Shown piece after piece: positions 16,659 through 25,004 of a stretch of 32,000 nt of DNA (position 1 is the first letter of the stretch; each line of letters starts with the position of its first letter). The DNA comes from Candidatus Micrarchaeum sp. (lineage in GTDB: Archaea > Micrarchaeota > Micrarchaeia > Micrarchaeales > Micrarchaeaceae). Under the pieces are notes generated by a model that was not told the origin of the DNA, did no database searches, and was given only the letters and a program-made list of their open reading frames with translations. Location: contig NZ_CP060530.1 of assembly GCF_016806735.1 (NCBI RefSeq), positions 870,001-902,000 of the forward strand. The letters run 5' to 3'. The position numbers and the translations under genes are program-made.

Positions 16659-17401
16659 TGGCCTCAAGCAACAAGAGGAGAAGCACAAAGGCAAAACCGC
16701 GGAGTTATGCAAAAAGCAAAACAGCACCAAGGAAGGCAGTTCCAAAAAAGGAAATGCCTGAACGGGCATCAATAAGGTACGCATTCTACATACTGCTCCT
16801 GGGTTCCATAATCTCGATATTCTTTTTCCCTTACTTGTATGCCGAAGGCATAATCGGCATAAACGCGGCAAATGCAGATTCCAGCATAGGCCTGTCGTTC
16901 TTTTTCCCGTTGGTTGTGTTTGCATATCTGATGGCAAAGGGAAAGAACCTGAAGCAGATAATAATAGAGTTGGGATTGTCCAGAAGGGCGATGAACAGGA
17001 AGGCGCTAGCTTATGGCATAACGGTATTCCTGGCAATACTGCTCCTTGAATTGGGCATTGGAGCATTCCAGGCAGCCACGCACATATCGCTCCCAACAAA
17101 CGTCAGGCAGCTGCTTGGAGGGCTTCCTGCTTATTTCTTTGCCTTCGCGGTAATAGTAGCGCCGATAGACGAGGAAATACTCTTCAGGGGATTCCTGGTA
17201 CCGCGCATAGGGATAATACTGAGCGCGCTGATATTCGGCATACTGCATTTCCTTAGCTATGCATCAATATCTGAGTTTATAGCTGCTTTCGTATTCGGTT
17301 TGATAGCAGGCTATGCGTTCAAGCGCACCAGGTCGCTTTATTCGACCATAATACCGCACATACTGGTGAATGTTCTCGGCATATTGGCACTGCTCCTTTG
17401 A
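16658..17401 (+). CDS. CPBP (CAAX/Abi-type) intramembrane glutamic protease with a polybasic N-terminal extension
   Basis: Motifs are EExxxR (PIDEEILFRGF), FxxxH (LIFGILHF) and HxxxN (IPHILVNV). The ATG at 16658 overlaps the rps27ae stop in TGATG. The first ~35 aa are Lys/Arg-rich ([31 protein letters not shown]). Confidence 0.8.
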   Translation: MASSNKRRSTKAKPRSYAKSKTAPRKAVPKKEMPERASIRYAFYILLLGSIISIFFFPYLYAEGIIGINAANADSSIGLSFFFPLVVFAYLMAKGKNLKQIIIELGLSRRAMNRKALAYGITVFLAILLLELGIGAFQAATHISLPTNVRQLLGGLPAYFFAFAVIVAPIDEEILFRGFLVPRIGIILSALIFGILHFLSYASISEFIAAFVFGLIAGYAFKRTRSLYSTIIPHILVNVLGILALLL

Positions 17402-17418
17402 TATGTTTGGTGTATATT

Positions 17419-18129
17419 ATGCAGTTCAGGCTTGTAATAGTTGAGCCACATTACCAGATAAACATAGGCTATATGGCCAGAATAGCGAAGAACTTCGGAG
17501 TAAACAGGCTGTGGATAGTCAACCCCAAATGCAGGTACAACGGCAAGAACGCCATAAAGTATTCCAAGCATGCGCATTCCCTGGTAGAAAACGCAAAGAT
17601 ATGCGGGAGCATCGGAGAAGCAACAAGGGGCTTTTCGGTAGTTGGAACCACTGCAATATGGCAGAAGGCTTATTCCGGCATGAGCAATATTTACGAGCTT
17701 TCCGATTTCTCTAAGAAGTTCGGATCAGGAAAGATGAACAAGATGGCGTTGGTGATAGGAAGAGACACCACAGGGCTTACAAGCGAAGAGATGTCCGGCT
17801 GCGATGCAGTAGTCTACATAGGCGCTAGCGATTCTTATCCGACCCTCAACATATCGCACGCCCTGGCAATATTGCTTTACGCACTTAAGGGCAACATCAG
17901 CAAGGCTGCAAAGGAAGATTTCGGCGGCGTTTACGCAGGCAGCAGCGAGATAGAAATGCTGCTAAGGCTTTTTGACAAATTCGTAGAATCCAACGGCAAC
18001 ATAAGGAAAAAGGATATGGTGAAACGAGCATTCAGGCACGTTGTCGAGCGTTCAGGGCCGACCAAGAGCGAGATAGCTACGCTGCTGGTAGCTTTTGGAA
18101 TAAAAAAGAACAGAAATAGGAAAAAATAG
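17419..18129 (+). CDS. SpoU/TrmH-class RNA 2'-O-methyltransferase (TrmJ-like)
   Basis: The N-terminus FRLVIVEPHYQINIGYMARIAKNFGVNRLWIVNP is typical of TrmJ/SpoU group proteins, and LVIGRDTTGLT...LNISHALAILLY matches the SPOUT knot motifs. The track ORF starts at TTG 17398. Confidence 0.8.
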   Translation: MQFRLVIVEPHYQINIGYMARIAKNFGVNRLWIVNPKCRYNGKNAIKYSKHAHSLVENAKICGSIGEATRGFSVVGTTAIWQKAYSGMSNIYELSDFSKKFGSGKMNKMALVIGRDTTGLTSEEMSGCDAVVYIGASDSYPTLNISHALAILLYALKGNISKAAKEDFGGVYAGSSEIEMLLRLFDKFVESNGNIRKKDMVKRAFRHVVERSGPTKSEIATLLVAFGIKKNRNRKK

Positions 18130-18140
18130 AAATAGCAGGC

Positions 18141-18515
18141 TCACTTCGGAGGCTGCTTCTTTGTCTTTATTATCTTGACCTTTGCAGGGGTTATCATTAT
18201 CTTGTCAGCACCGAGCTGCCCTATGTCTCCGTTAATCTTTGAAGTGTATTCCTTCAGCTTCGATATGAGGTCCCTGCGCGTATTCTCCCTCTTCATGAGC
18301 TCTGAGATATCTGCTATTATTATGTTTCTCTTGTCAAGCTCAGCCTCTATGAGGGCTATGTCAGCCTCCTCCTTGAGTATAACTGGCTTTACGTAGAAAT
18401 CAGCGGGCTCGTTCATAACGTCTACGTCTGCCATCTCCTCGGAGTTCATATACTCTTCTATGTCCAGTTCCTTTGAAGTACCAAGATTCTTGCCCATTTT
18501 GTCGAAGAAACCCAT
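18141..18515 (-). CDS. sepF: Cell division protein SepF (archaeal FtsZ membrane anchor)
   Basis: Its ~124 aa include an N-terminal amphipathic MGFFDKMGKNL. The core VKPVILKEEADIALIEAELDKRNIIIADISEL...INGDIGQLGADKIMITP matches the DUF552/SepF fold pattern. Confidence 0.8.
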   Translation of the reverse strand: MGFFDKMGKNLGTSKELDIEEYMNSEEMADVDVMNEPADFYVKPVILKEEADIALIEAELDKRNIIIADISELMKRENTRRDLISKLKEYTSKINGDIGQLGADKIMITPAKVKIIKTKKQPPK

Positions 18516-18712
18516 TTAGTCACCTATCAATAGCTCTAATCGCCTTTCAGTAGCTATTCTATGTTAGTTCTTTTAAATCTTTCTGTAATGCCAGCAGCGA
18601 TATGACGAGGTATTTGCGCAATAACGCATAGGCAGCCAGTGCCTGCATGTGAAAAGTATTTATATGAGTAAAGGAATAAGATTTAAAAATATGTATTTGT
18701 ATTCTTATCTAG

Positions 18713-19081
18713 ATGATATACTTAAAGCGCGTTTATGACAAGGTCGACATAAGGGACGGCACACGCATACTTATAGACAAGCTTTGGCCCAGAGGAGTCA
18801 GGCGCAGCACCTCCAATATAGACCTGTGGCTCAAGGAAGTCGGCCCTAGCGACGACCTGCGCAAGTGGTTCGCCCACGAGAAAGACAAATGGCCGGAGTT
18901 CCGCAGGAGGTACGAGCAGGAGCTGAAGAAGAATCCCGCTTTCGAGAAGCTTGTTGACATTGCTCTGAGCACCGATCCCATAACGCTGCTATATGCTGCC
19001 AGCGACAAGGAGCACAACAACGGCGTTGTGCTTTTCAAAATGCTCAACAAGCGCATAGAGCAGATTAAGAAGGCAAAATGA
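18713..19081 (+). CDS. DUF488 (YeaO-like) family protein
   Basis: MIYLKRVYD...DGTRILIDKLWPRGV...WLKEVGPSDDLRKWFAH matches the DUF488 consensus. Confidence 0.8.
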   Translation: MIYLKRVYDKVDIRDGTRILIDKLWPRGVRRSTSNIDLWLKEVGPSDDLRKWFAHEKDKWPEFRRRYEQELKKNPAFEKLVDIALSTDPITLLYAASDKEHNNGVVLFKMLNKRIEQIKKAK

Positions 19082-19085
19082 GCCT

Positions 19086-19499
19086 TCAGAAAAGCTTGTA
19101 GTGCTCCTTCATCATGCACCTGTTCATTATGAAAAGCAGGCCGTTGTCTTCGGCTATCTTTTTTGCTTCGTCGTTGAATATGCCCTCCTGCAGCCACAGC
19201 ACCTTTGCCTTTATCTGGACTGCCTGGCGTGCTATTTCCGGCGTTTCCGGAGATGGCCTGAATACGTCGACAACATCAACTGGAAACTTTATGTCAAGCA
19301 GGCTTTTGTACGCTTTTTCTCCCAGTATAGTATCTGCACTGGGGTTTACCGGTACAATCTTGTAGCCTGCCGACTGCATGTATTCGGGAACGTCATGGCT
19401 CGGCTTTCCCTCGTTGCGCGAACATCCTACAACTGCTATCACGTGATATTTGGAAAGTATCTCGTATGCCGTTTTGTCGGCTTCGTCTTGTGTTGCCAT
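19086..19499 (-). CDS. CoA-binding domain protein (YccU/YneT-like)
   Basis: VIAVVGCSRNEGKPSHDVPEYMQSAGYKIVPVNP...VDVVDVFRP is the typical CoA_binding_2 pattern. It converges on the DUF488 gene with a 4-nt gap. Confidence 0.8.
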   Translation of the reverse strand: MATQDEADKTAYEILSKYHVIAVVGCSRNEGKPSHDVPEYMQSAGYKIVPVNPSADTILGEKAYKSLLDIKFPVDVVDVFRPSPETPEIARQAVQIKAKVLWLQEGIFNDEAKKIAEDNGLLFIMNRCMMKEHYKLF

Positions 19500-19594
19500 T
19501 TCAATCCCGATTACTTATCTATGATTATTTAAATAAAGGTGTTTTTTATTTTATAATTTAGCTTTTTTCATGCAAAAGATGAATCGGTGTAATT

Positions 19595-20911
19595 ATGGAT
19601 GATTATGACGTTGTAGTGTGTGGTGGAGGGCCCGCAGGGATCGGCGCCGCGTTTAGCGCTGCAAACATGGGGCTTAAGACTGCAATAATAGAAAGGCATT
19701 TCATGCTCGGCGGAAACTGGACTAACGGATACGTTCTTTCAGTTCTCGGCATGTACACATATGACGGCGAAAACAAGATAGTTGGAGGAATAGCTGACGA
19801 GGTAATTGAAGAGCTTAAGAGGAACGGCGGCACAGAAGGGCAGGCAGGCAACTTCGTCCCGTTCAGGCCGGACGAAATGAAGCTTACTCTTGATATGCTT
19901 GCGGAAAAGAAGGGCATAACGGTTTATTACGGCAGCTTGGTAAAGGGTGCGAAGAAGGACGGAAATCGCATATCTTCCATATATGTTTCCGGGAAGAGCA
20001 ATATCGAAGCCAAGGGAAAGTTTTTTGTCGATTCTACGGGAGATGCGGACATAGCATTTTATTCCGGGGCAAAAACCATGTCAGGAATGGAAAACTCTGG
20101 AATACACCAGCAGGCAACGCTTCCTTTCAGAATAGGCAATATAAATGAGGAGAGGATAATCCTGTTCGGCATAGAGCACCAGAATTTTATATCGGTTAAA
20201 GTTAACGAGAAAGGAAGACTCGAGCGCTTCAGGGTACTTCCTGATTTCGTTAAGCTAGCAAAGGAAAAATACGGGCTTTACCTGCCTTATGCAAATGCCG
20301 AATTCATGTTCAATACGAGCAAAAAGGGCGAATTCGTATGCAATGCCACTCACGTAGACATAAACGATTTTACGGACGGCAACCAGATGGCGAAAGCGAT
20401 AGAAGACGCGAGAAAGCAGGTTCTTTCCTCGATTGAGTTCTTTACCAAGGAGGTCAGCGGATTCGAAGACGCTTATCTCATAGATTCGGCGCCGTCTATA
20501 GGCTTGAGGGAAACCAGGAGAGCAGTAGGAGAATACGTGCTTAAGATGGACGACGTTCTGAACAATGCCAGGTTTGAAGATGCAATAGCCAGATGTGGAC
20601 ATCCTATAGAAGTGCATGATCCGAGCAAAGGAGTACTTTATACGCACCTCAAAGGAGGCGACGGCTCCTTTTATGAAGTGCCTTATCGCGCCATAGTAGT
20701 AAAAGACATAGACAACCTTTTCGCCATAGGAAGATGCCTTAGCGCAGAGTTCTACGCCCAAGCAAGCGCAAGAGTTACTGGCACTGCAATGGCAATGGGA
20801 CAGGCTGCTGCATCTGCGGCTAGGATGGCAATAGACAAGGAGCTCAAAGCAAAAGATGTTCCGATAAAGGAACTGCAGGAACTGCTTAAAAAGAACGGTG
20901 CCATACTTTAA
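19595..20911 (+). CDS. FAD-dependent oxidoreductase (FAD_oxidored/GlcD-unrelated family), function unknown
   Basis: N-terminal dinucleotide-binding motif YDVVVCGGGPAGIGAA...IIER. Overall it resembles the pfam12831-type FAD-dependent oxidoreductases. Confidence 0.75.
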   Translation: MDDYDVVVCGGGPAGIGAAFSAANMGLKTAIIERHFMLGGNWTNGYVLSVLGMYTYDGENKIVGGIADEVIEELKRNGGTEGQAGNFVPFRPDEMKLTLDMLAEKKGITVYYGSLVKGAKKDGNRISSIYVSGKSNIEAKGKFFVDSTGDADIAFYSGAKTMSGMENSGIHQQATLPFRIGNINEERIILFGIEHQNFISVKVNEKGRLERFRVLPDFVKLAKEKYGLYLPYANAEFMFNTSKKGEFVCNATHVDINDFTDGNQMAKAIEDARKQVLSSIEFFTKEVSGFEDAYLIDSAPSIGLRETRRAVGEYVLKMDDVLNNARFEDAIARCGHPIEVHDPSKGVLYTHLKGGDGSFYEVPYRAIVVKDIDNLFAIGRCLSAEFYAQASARVTGTAMAMGQAAASAARMAIDKELKAKDVPIKELQELLKKNGAIL

Positions 20912-20982
20912 GTTCTACCGTCCATATATGAGGCACGTTGAGAGCCTTGCGGCATGGATCAGGGATACAAAAAATAAAAAGA

Positions 20983-21002
20983 AAGGGCGCAATTGCACCC
21001 TT
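20983..21002. terminator. Hairpin between convergent genes, flanked by an A-run and a T-run (possible bidirectional terminator)
   Basis: AAGGGCGCAATTGCACCCTT forms an imperfect 8-9 bp stem. It is preceded by AAAAAATAAAAAGAAA and followed by TTTTGTATTT. It lies between the stop at 20911 (+) and the stop at 21013 (-). Confidence 0.45.
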
Positions 21003-21012
21003 TTGTATTTCA

Positions 21013-22227
21013 TCAGCTTTTTCTCTTTCTTCCGCGTGCCGCAGAGCTTACCTTTGCTGCAACCTTTTGGACCAGCAGTGTAGGCGACAGAATCATTGAT
21101 ATGAACTCCAGCACAAGCACTGCAGTCACGCCAATCGCTATCGTCGAAAAGCTGCCGAAGTATCCGCCCAGTATCACTGGAACGAATGCCACGCCGAGGT
21201 TCGTAAAGACGCTGTACATCGATGTAGCAAATCCTGCCTGCGCGGGATCGGATACGTAGTTTGTTGTCGATGTCATTGCCATGGACCAGTAGGCGTTTCC
21301 GAAGAAGCCGAACAGGAAGAATCCTGCAGCTATTGCAGCTATGGCGCTAGTGTACGAAAGCCCTAGCACCATGAGCAATGTAGCAGCGAACATCAGCACT
21401 CCCGTAGATATCAGGCCGAGCCTGAACTGCTTGTATTTCTCAAACAGAGGAGGCAGTATTATTGCACCGAGAGCCGAGCCGAGGAATGCAAGCCCACCCA
21501 TAAGCCCGCCATACGACAGTGCGCTTGCCACGCTGAACTTGTGAAGCAGCAGCACCGTAGACGCTACGCCACCGAACATAACAGATACGGCAGATATGGA
21601 GAGACCCACGTACCAGTTCTTTATCATTCCAGGCTTGAACGAGCCCTTAAGCGATTTGCCCTTATAGAATGTAGGATATCCCTTTATTCCTATTCCTATC
21701 CATATCGCAGCTATTATGGCCAGGACTACCGTAGTCCACAGCGCACCGGACAATCCGAATGCCCCAAATATGCCAGGGCCGAGGAATGCGCCAAATGCCA
21801 TTCCGAGGAACAGCATACCTACGCTTATTCCTATCACTGTGTGCGCCTTTTCCTTGAATATGGAATCCGCAACCGTGCCTACCGGCGCCATTGCAAGCGG
21901 ATACGCTATTGCAGCGATTATGCCGGTTATTAGAAATGCGACATAGTTAGGAGATATTGCTCTTCCTATGAGCCCTATTACGGATATTATGGCTGCAGAA
22001 TACAGAGCTGCTTTCACGGTGAATTTTGCCGATATGTACCCTGCAAGCAAGCCAAGGACAACCATCGTATATCCGTATGCCGATATCAGAAGTATTATTG
22101 ACGTTAGGTTTACTCCAAAAACTTTGCCCAATATGGGAACCAACGGAGACAGTATGAACCATCCGAACCCTATTGTAAACAATAGGAACCAGTATGGAGC
22201 CAGTTTAGACCAATTTCCCATTTTCAC
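21013..22227 (-). CDS. Major facilitator superfamily transporter
   Basis: A 404-aa protein with about 12 predicted hydrophobic helices in a 6+6 arrangement. Substrate not inferable. Confidence 0.8.
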   Translation of the reverse strand: MKMGNWSKLAPYWFLLFTIGFGWFILSPLVPILGKVFGVNLTSIILLISAYGYTMVVLGLLAGYISAKFTVKAALYSAAIISVIGLIGRAISPNYVAFLITGIIAAIAYPLAMAPVGTVADSIFKEKAHTVIGISVGMLFLGMAFGAFLGPGIFGAFGLSGALWTTVVLAIIAAIWIGIGIKGYPTFYKGKSLKGSFKPGMIKNWYVGLSISAVSVMFGGVASTVLLLHKFSVASALSYGGLMGGLAFLGSALGAIILPPLFEKYKQFRLGLISTGVLMFAATLLMVLGLSYTSAIAAIAAGFFLFGFFGNAYWSMAMTSTTNYVSDPAQAGFATSMYSVFTNLGVAFVPVILGGYFGSFSTIAIGVTAVLVLEFISMILSPTLLVQKVAAKVSSAARGRKRKS

Positions 22228-22260
22228 ACCATTCTTACAAAGATTTTACATGCGTATTTG

Positions 22261-22270
22261 TTTATATAAT
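22261..22270. promoter_or_regulatory. TATA element in the divergent MFS / PIN-rpoE intergenic region
   Basis: TTTATATAAT is 34 nt from the MFS start (22227, minus) and 43 nt from ATG 22313 (plus). Confidence 0.4.
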
Positions 22271-22312
22271 AGGGTTGGATATGTTTAAAAATGCTTGGCA
22301 GACAACAAATAC

Positions 22313-22693
22313 ATGGTATCCTATATGTATGTAATCGTAGACACAAGCTCAATGCTGTTCGCAATGGAATCAAGGAAAAGCGCAATAGACACCGTGGAGC
22401 TGAAGTACCCCGGAAAAGGCATATTGATATCCAAGGGAGTCATAAAGGAGCTCTCAGGCATAGGTAGCGGAAAGGGCAAAAGAGCTGCCACGGCCAGGTC
22501 ATGCCTTGAAATACTAAAACTTAAAAATGTTAAAGTAGATAGTAATACAGGAAACGTTGACCGCTGGATACTCTCAAGGGCGGGAGAAAGCGACATTTAT
22601 TGCGTTATTACGAACGATACGGAGCTCTTTAATAGGCTGCGCTTCAAAAATATAGCAGTCTTCAAGCTTTCAAGAAATGGAATACTCAAGTAG
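22313..22693 (+). CDS. PIN-domain protein (Fcf1/Utp24-like, COG1412-type)
   Basis: Contains VIVDTSSMLFA (PIN acidic residue 1) and ITNDTELFNRL (the late acidic residue). It sits in the conserved position upstream of rpoE'/spt4. The track ORF starts at TTG 22295. Confidence 0.75.
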   Translation: MVSYMYVIVDTSSMLFAMESRKSAIDTVELKYPGKGILISKGVIKELSGIGSGKGKRAATARSCLEILKLKNVKVDSNTGNVDRWILSRAGESDIYCVITNDTELFNRLRFKNIAVFKLSRNGILK

Positions 22694-22704
22694 ATGGTGA
22701 AATA

Positions 22705-23286
22705 ATGTACTATAATTATTCGATAAAAGACACGTTCAAAATGGCTCCGGAGTACTTTGACGATGATATAGAGGACGTGGCAGTCGAAGTGCTCAGGAAC
22801 AAGTACGAAGGCACCATAGACAAGGACCTTGGCGTGATCATAGCAGTTTACAATGTCAGGGACATAAGCGACGGGATGATTTACCCCGGAGATCCTGCGA
22901 CACACCACGAGGTTACGTTCGACATACTTACGTACATGCCAAAAGTGGACGAGATAGTGGTCGGAGAGGTATCGGAGCTCATAGACTTCGGGGCATTCGT
23001 GCGCATAGGGCCCATGGAAGGGCTTGTCCACGTTTCGCAGATAACCGACGAATTCATTTCGTTGGACAAAAAGATACCCGCTTTCGTTTCCAAGAGGAGC
23101 GGAAGGAACCTCAAGAAGGGCGACGTAGTATATGCCAAGATTTCAACGGTCAGCATGAAAAATTCCGTAAAGGATTCAAAGATAGCGCTTACGATGAAGT
23201 CTGACGGGCTTGGAAAGCCGGAATGGTACAGCTCGGCAATGCAGAACAAGGAGAAAGGGCAGAAGAAAAGCAAGGCAAAGAATTGA
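22705..23286 (+). CDS. rpoE: DNA-directed RNA polymerase subunit E' (Rpo7)
   Basis: Has an N-terminal Rpb7-like domain and an S1 domain (VVGEVSELIDFGAFVRIGPMEGLVHVSQI). Confidence 0.9.
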   Translation: MYYNYSIKDTFKMAPEYFDDDIEDVAVEVLRNKYEGTIDKDLGVIIAVYNVRDISDGMIYPGDPATHHEVTFDILTYMPKVDEIVVGEVSELIDFGAFVRIGPMEGLVHVSQITDEFISLDKKIPAFVSKRSGRNLKKGDVVYAKISTVSMKNSVKDSKIALTMKSDGLGKPEWYSSAMQNKEKGQKKSKAKN

Positions 23287-23295
23287 GTGATTTCA

Positions 23296-23487
23296 ATGGA
23301 AGAAATGGTATGTAGCAATTGCAGGCTTATAATAAGCCACGGAGACAAATGCCCGCTTTGCGGGAACTCGAACCTTACAAGGAGGTGGAGCGGCTACCTG
23401 ATAGTGCTAAACGCAGACATGTCAGAGATTGCAAAGAAGCTTGACATAAAGGTCAACAGCGTCTTTGCGCTCAACATAAAGGATTGA
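23296..23487 (+). CDS. spt4: Transcription elongation factor Spt4 (RpoE'')
   Basis: Zinc ribbon CSNC...CPLCG followed by WSGYLIVLN. It lies immediately downstream of rpoE'. The track ORF begins at GTG 23287. Confidence 0.85.
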   Translation: MEEMVCSNCRLIISHGDKCPLCGNSNLTRRWSGYLIVLNADMSEIAKKLDIKVNSVFALNIKD

Positions 23488-23510
23488 ACTTTTAAGGGCA
23501 GGCAGTATTT

Positions 23511-24248
23511 TTACTGCTCGCCTTTCTCTTCTTCTTTGCTGTCCTCTTCATGGCTGTGGGCGTGCTCCTCCTCGGAATGCCTTGCGTATTCCTCCCTTAT
23601 GTATACCTTCTGCAGGCTTTTCATATATGCCAATATCGATGCAACGAGGCTGGCCCTGTTGACGAAATAATCGGCGTTTTTCTTTACTTCATCGGAATAG
23701 AATATTTCTATCTCGTCCTTCCTGATATCTATCTTTGATGGCTCTACATCATAGGTCTTTGAAAGGGACTTCACCTTTTCCTCATCTGAATCGACCTTTT
23801 TGACTACCTTTACTTCGTATTTTATCTTCTTTCCAGCGTCCGGGTGATTCGCGTCCACGACTACCCTGCCCGAGCCAACGCTCACCACAGTTACTGCAAC
23901 GTTGTCCATGTTGAGCCTCATGCCGGGGTATGGGTTAATGTTCTGGGCCTTGAACTGTGAAAGAGGCATTACCTTTACAAGATCAGCGTTCCTCTCGCCG
24001 AAAGCGTCTGCCGGCTCAAGCACGAATGATTTCTCTTTGTTCAGCTCCATGCCCTTGAGCTCGCGCTCCAAGCCCTTGACCACGGCACCTGAGCCCAGGA
24101 TAACCAGGGCGGGACCGTATTTTATGTCTTTGTTGTATATGTCGTTGTCCTTGGCTGTCTTCTCGTCCGTTGTCGCAAGCACGCTGTTGTCCGAATCGTT
24201 GCGTGCCGTGTATTCTATCTCTAGGAAATCACCATCGTTGAATGCCAT
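23511..24248 (-). CDS. Long-type FKBP peptidyl-prolyl cis-trans isomerase (SlyD/FKBP26-like)
   Basis: Contains an FKBP core with an insert-in-flap (GSGAVVKGLERELKGM...VVVDANHPDAGK), a C-terminal domain and a His/Glu-rich tail. Confidence 0.85.
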   Translation of the reverse strand: MAFNDGDFLEIEYTARNDSDNSVLATTDEKTAKDNDIYNKDIKYGPALVILGSGAVVKGLERELKGMELNKEKSFVLEPADAFGERNADLVKVMPLSQFKAQNINPYPGMRLNMDNVAVTVVSVGSGRVVVDANHPDAGKKIKYEVKVVKKVDSDEEKVKSLSKTYDVEPSKIDIRKDEIEIFYSDEVKKNADYFVNRASLVASILAYMKSLQKVYIREEYARHSEEEHAHSHEEDSKEEEKGEQ

Positions 24249-24362
24249 ATCTACACCTAGCAGAATAATTTATGCCGAATAACTATAAAAAGCTTTCAAG
24301 GATAATACTTAATATTATAACAGCACAAGTCTACCTAAAGGCTTGTGCAAAAGGTCTATTTT

Positions 24363-24980
24363 ATGGGAGAACAGAAAAGGAAGCTGGAGGCCAAGAACAC
24401 CATACTTTTCTTAGGCTCGCTGGTAGTGGCGATAATGTTCATAACTTCGTACGCGGCGTCGGGAAACAGCAGCAACAGCAGCACCACTACAACCGTGGCT
24501 TACAACTATAGCGGGGCAGTCCCTATGACGGGGACCGCCAATGCCATAGTGGCAAATTATACTGATTCTCCTACAATAACCATATCAAGCTCTTCATACA
24601 ACTCCAGCGAGCTCGCGGTAACGAACTACCTGAACAGTTTGGAAAACAACGGGGCAATAATAACCTATTCGCCCAGCGGCAACCAGTTCTCCGTGCTGCT
24701 CAACAATAGCATGAGCGCATACGAGCTGCAGGAAGAGCTTTACAGCAGGTTCGGCAGCAATGCCACAGTAAGCGGCACAGTTTACATAAGGCTGCCTAAA
24801 ACCGTAAGGATGTATGAAGGCACGCAGGGCTTTACGCTTAACGCACCGACTTCGGAGTACGCCGTCAAAATAAGCCCGCTGCCAAGCCTCGGCAGCAACG
24901 CGAGCGTCCACATACTTGCACTCATAAGCTCAAAGGGACAATTCCTGCCCAACCAGACAGAGGTAACGGTGCTGGGCTGA
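24363..24980 (+). CDS. N-terminally anchored, sequon-rich extracellular protein
   Basis: MGEQKRKLEAKN is followed by a TM (TILFLGSLVVAIMFITS), then a Ser/Thr/Asn-rich linker and about nine N-x-S/T sequons. The track ORF begins at TTG 24345. Confidence 0.7.
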   Translation: MGEQKRKLEAKNTILFLGSLVVAIMFITSYAASGNSSNSSTTTTVAYNYSGAVPMTGTANAIVANYTDSPTITISSSSYNSSELAVTNYLNSLENNGAIITYSPSGNQFSVLLNNSMSAYELQEELYSRFGSNATVSGTVYIRLPKTVRMYEGTQGFTLNAPTSEYAVKISPLPSLGSNASVHILALISSKGQFLPNQTEVTVLG

Positions 24981-25004
24981 GCTCCGGACCGCAGGTGATT
25001 TGAA

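Noticed and set aside
16504-16761. An 85-aa track ORF spanning the S27ae/CPBP junction.
   Set aside because: It is out of frame with both real genes. The zinc-ribbon S27ae reading frame and the CPBP frame explain the region completely.
18590-18660. A GC-richer patch in the sepF/DUF488 divergent spacer with ATGACGA and small hairpins (TGCG...CGCA, GCAG...CTGC), considered as a C/D-box or other small RNA.
   Set aside because: There is no canonical C box (RUGAUGA) or D box (CUGA) pair, and the spacing is too short for a guide RNA. The stems are only 4-5 bp. It is more simply promoter or leader sequence for the two divergent genes.
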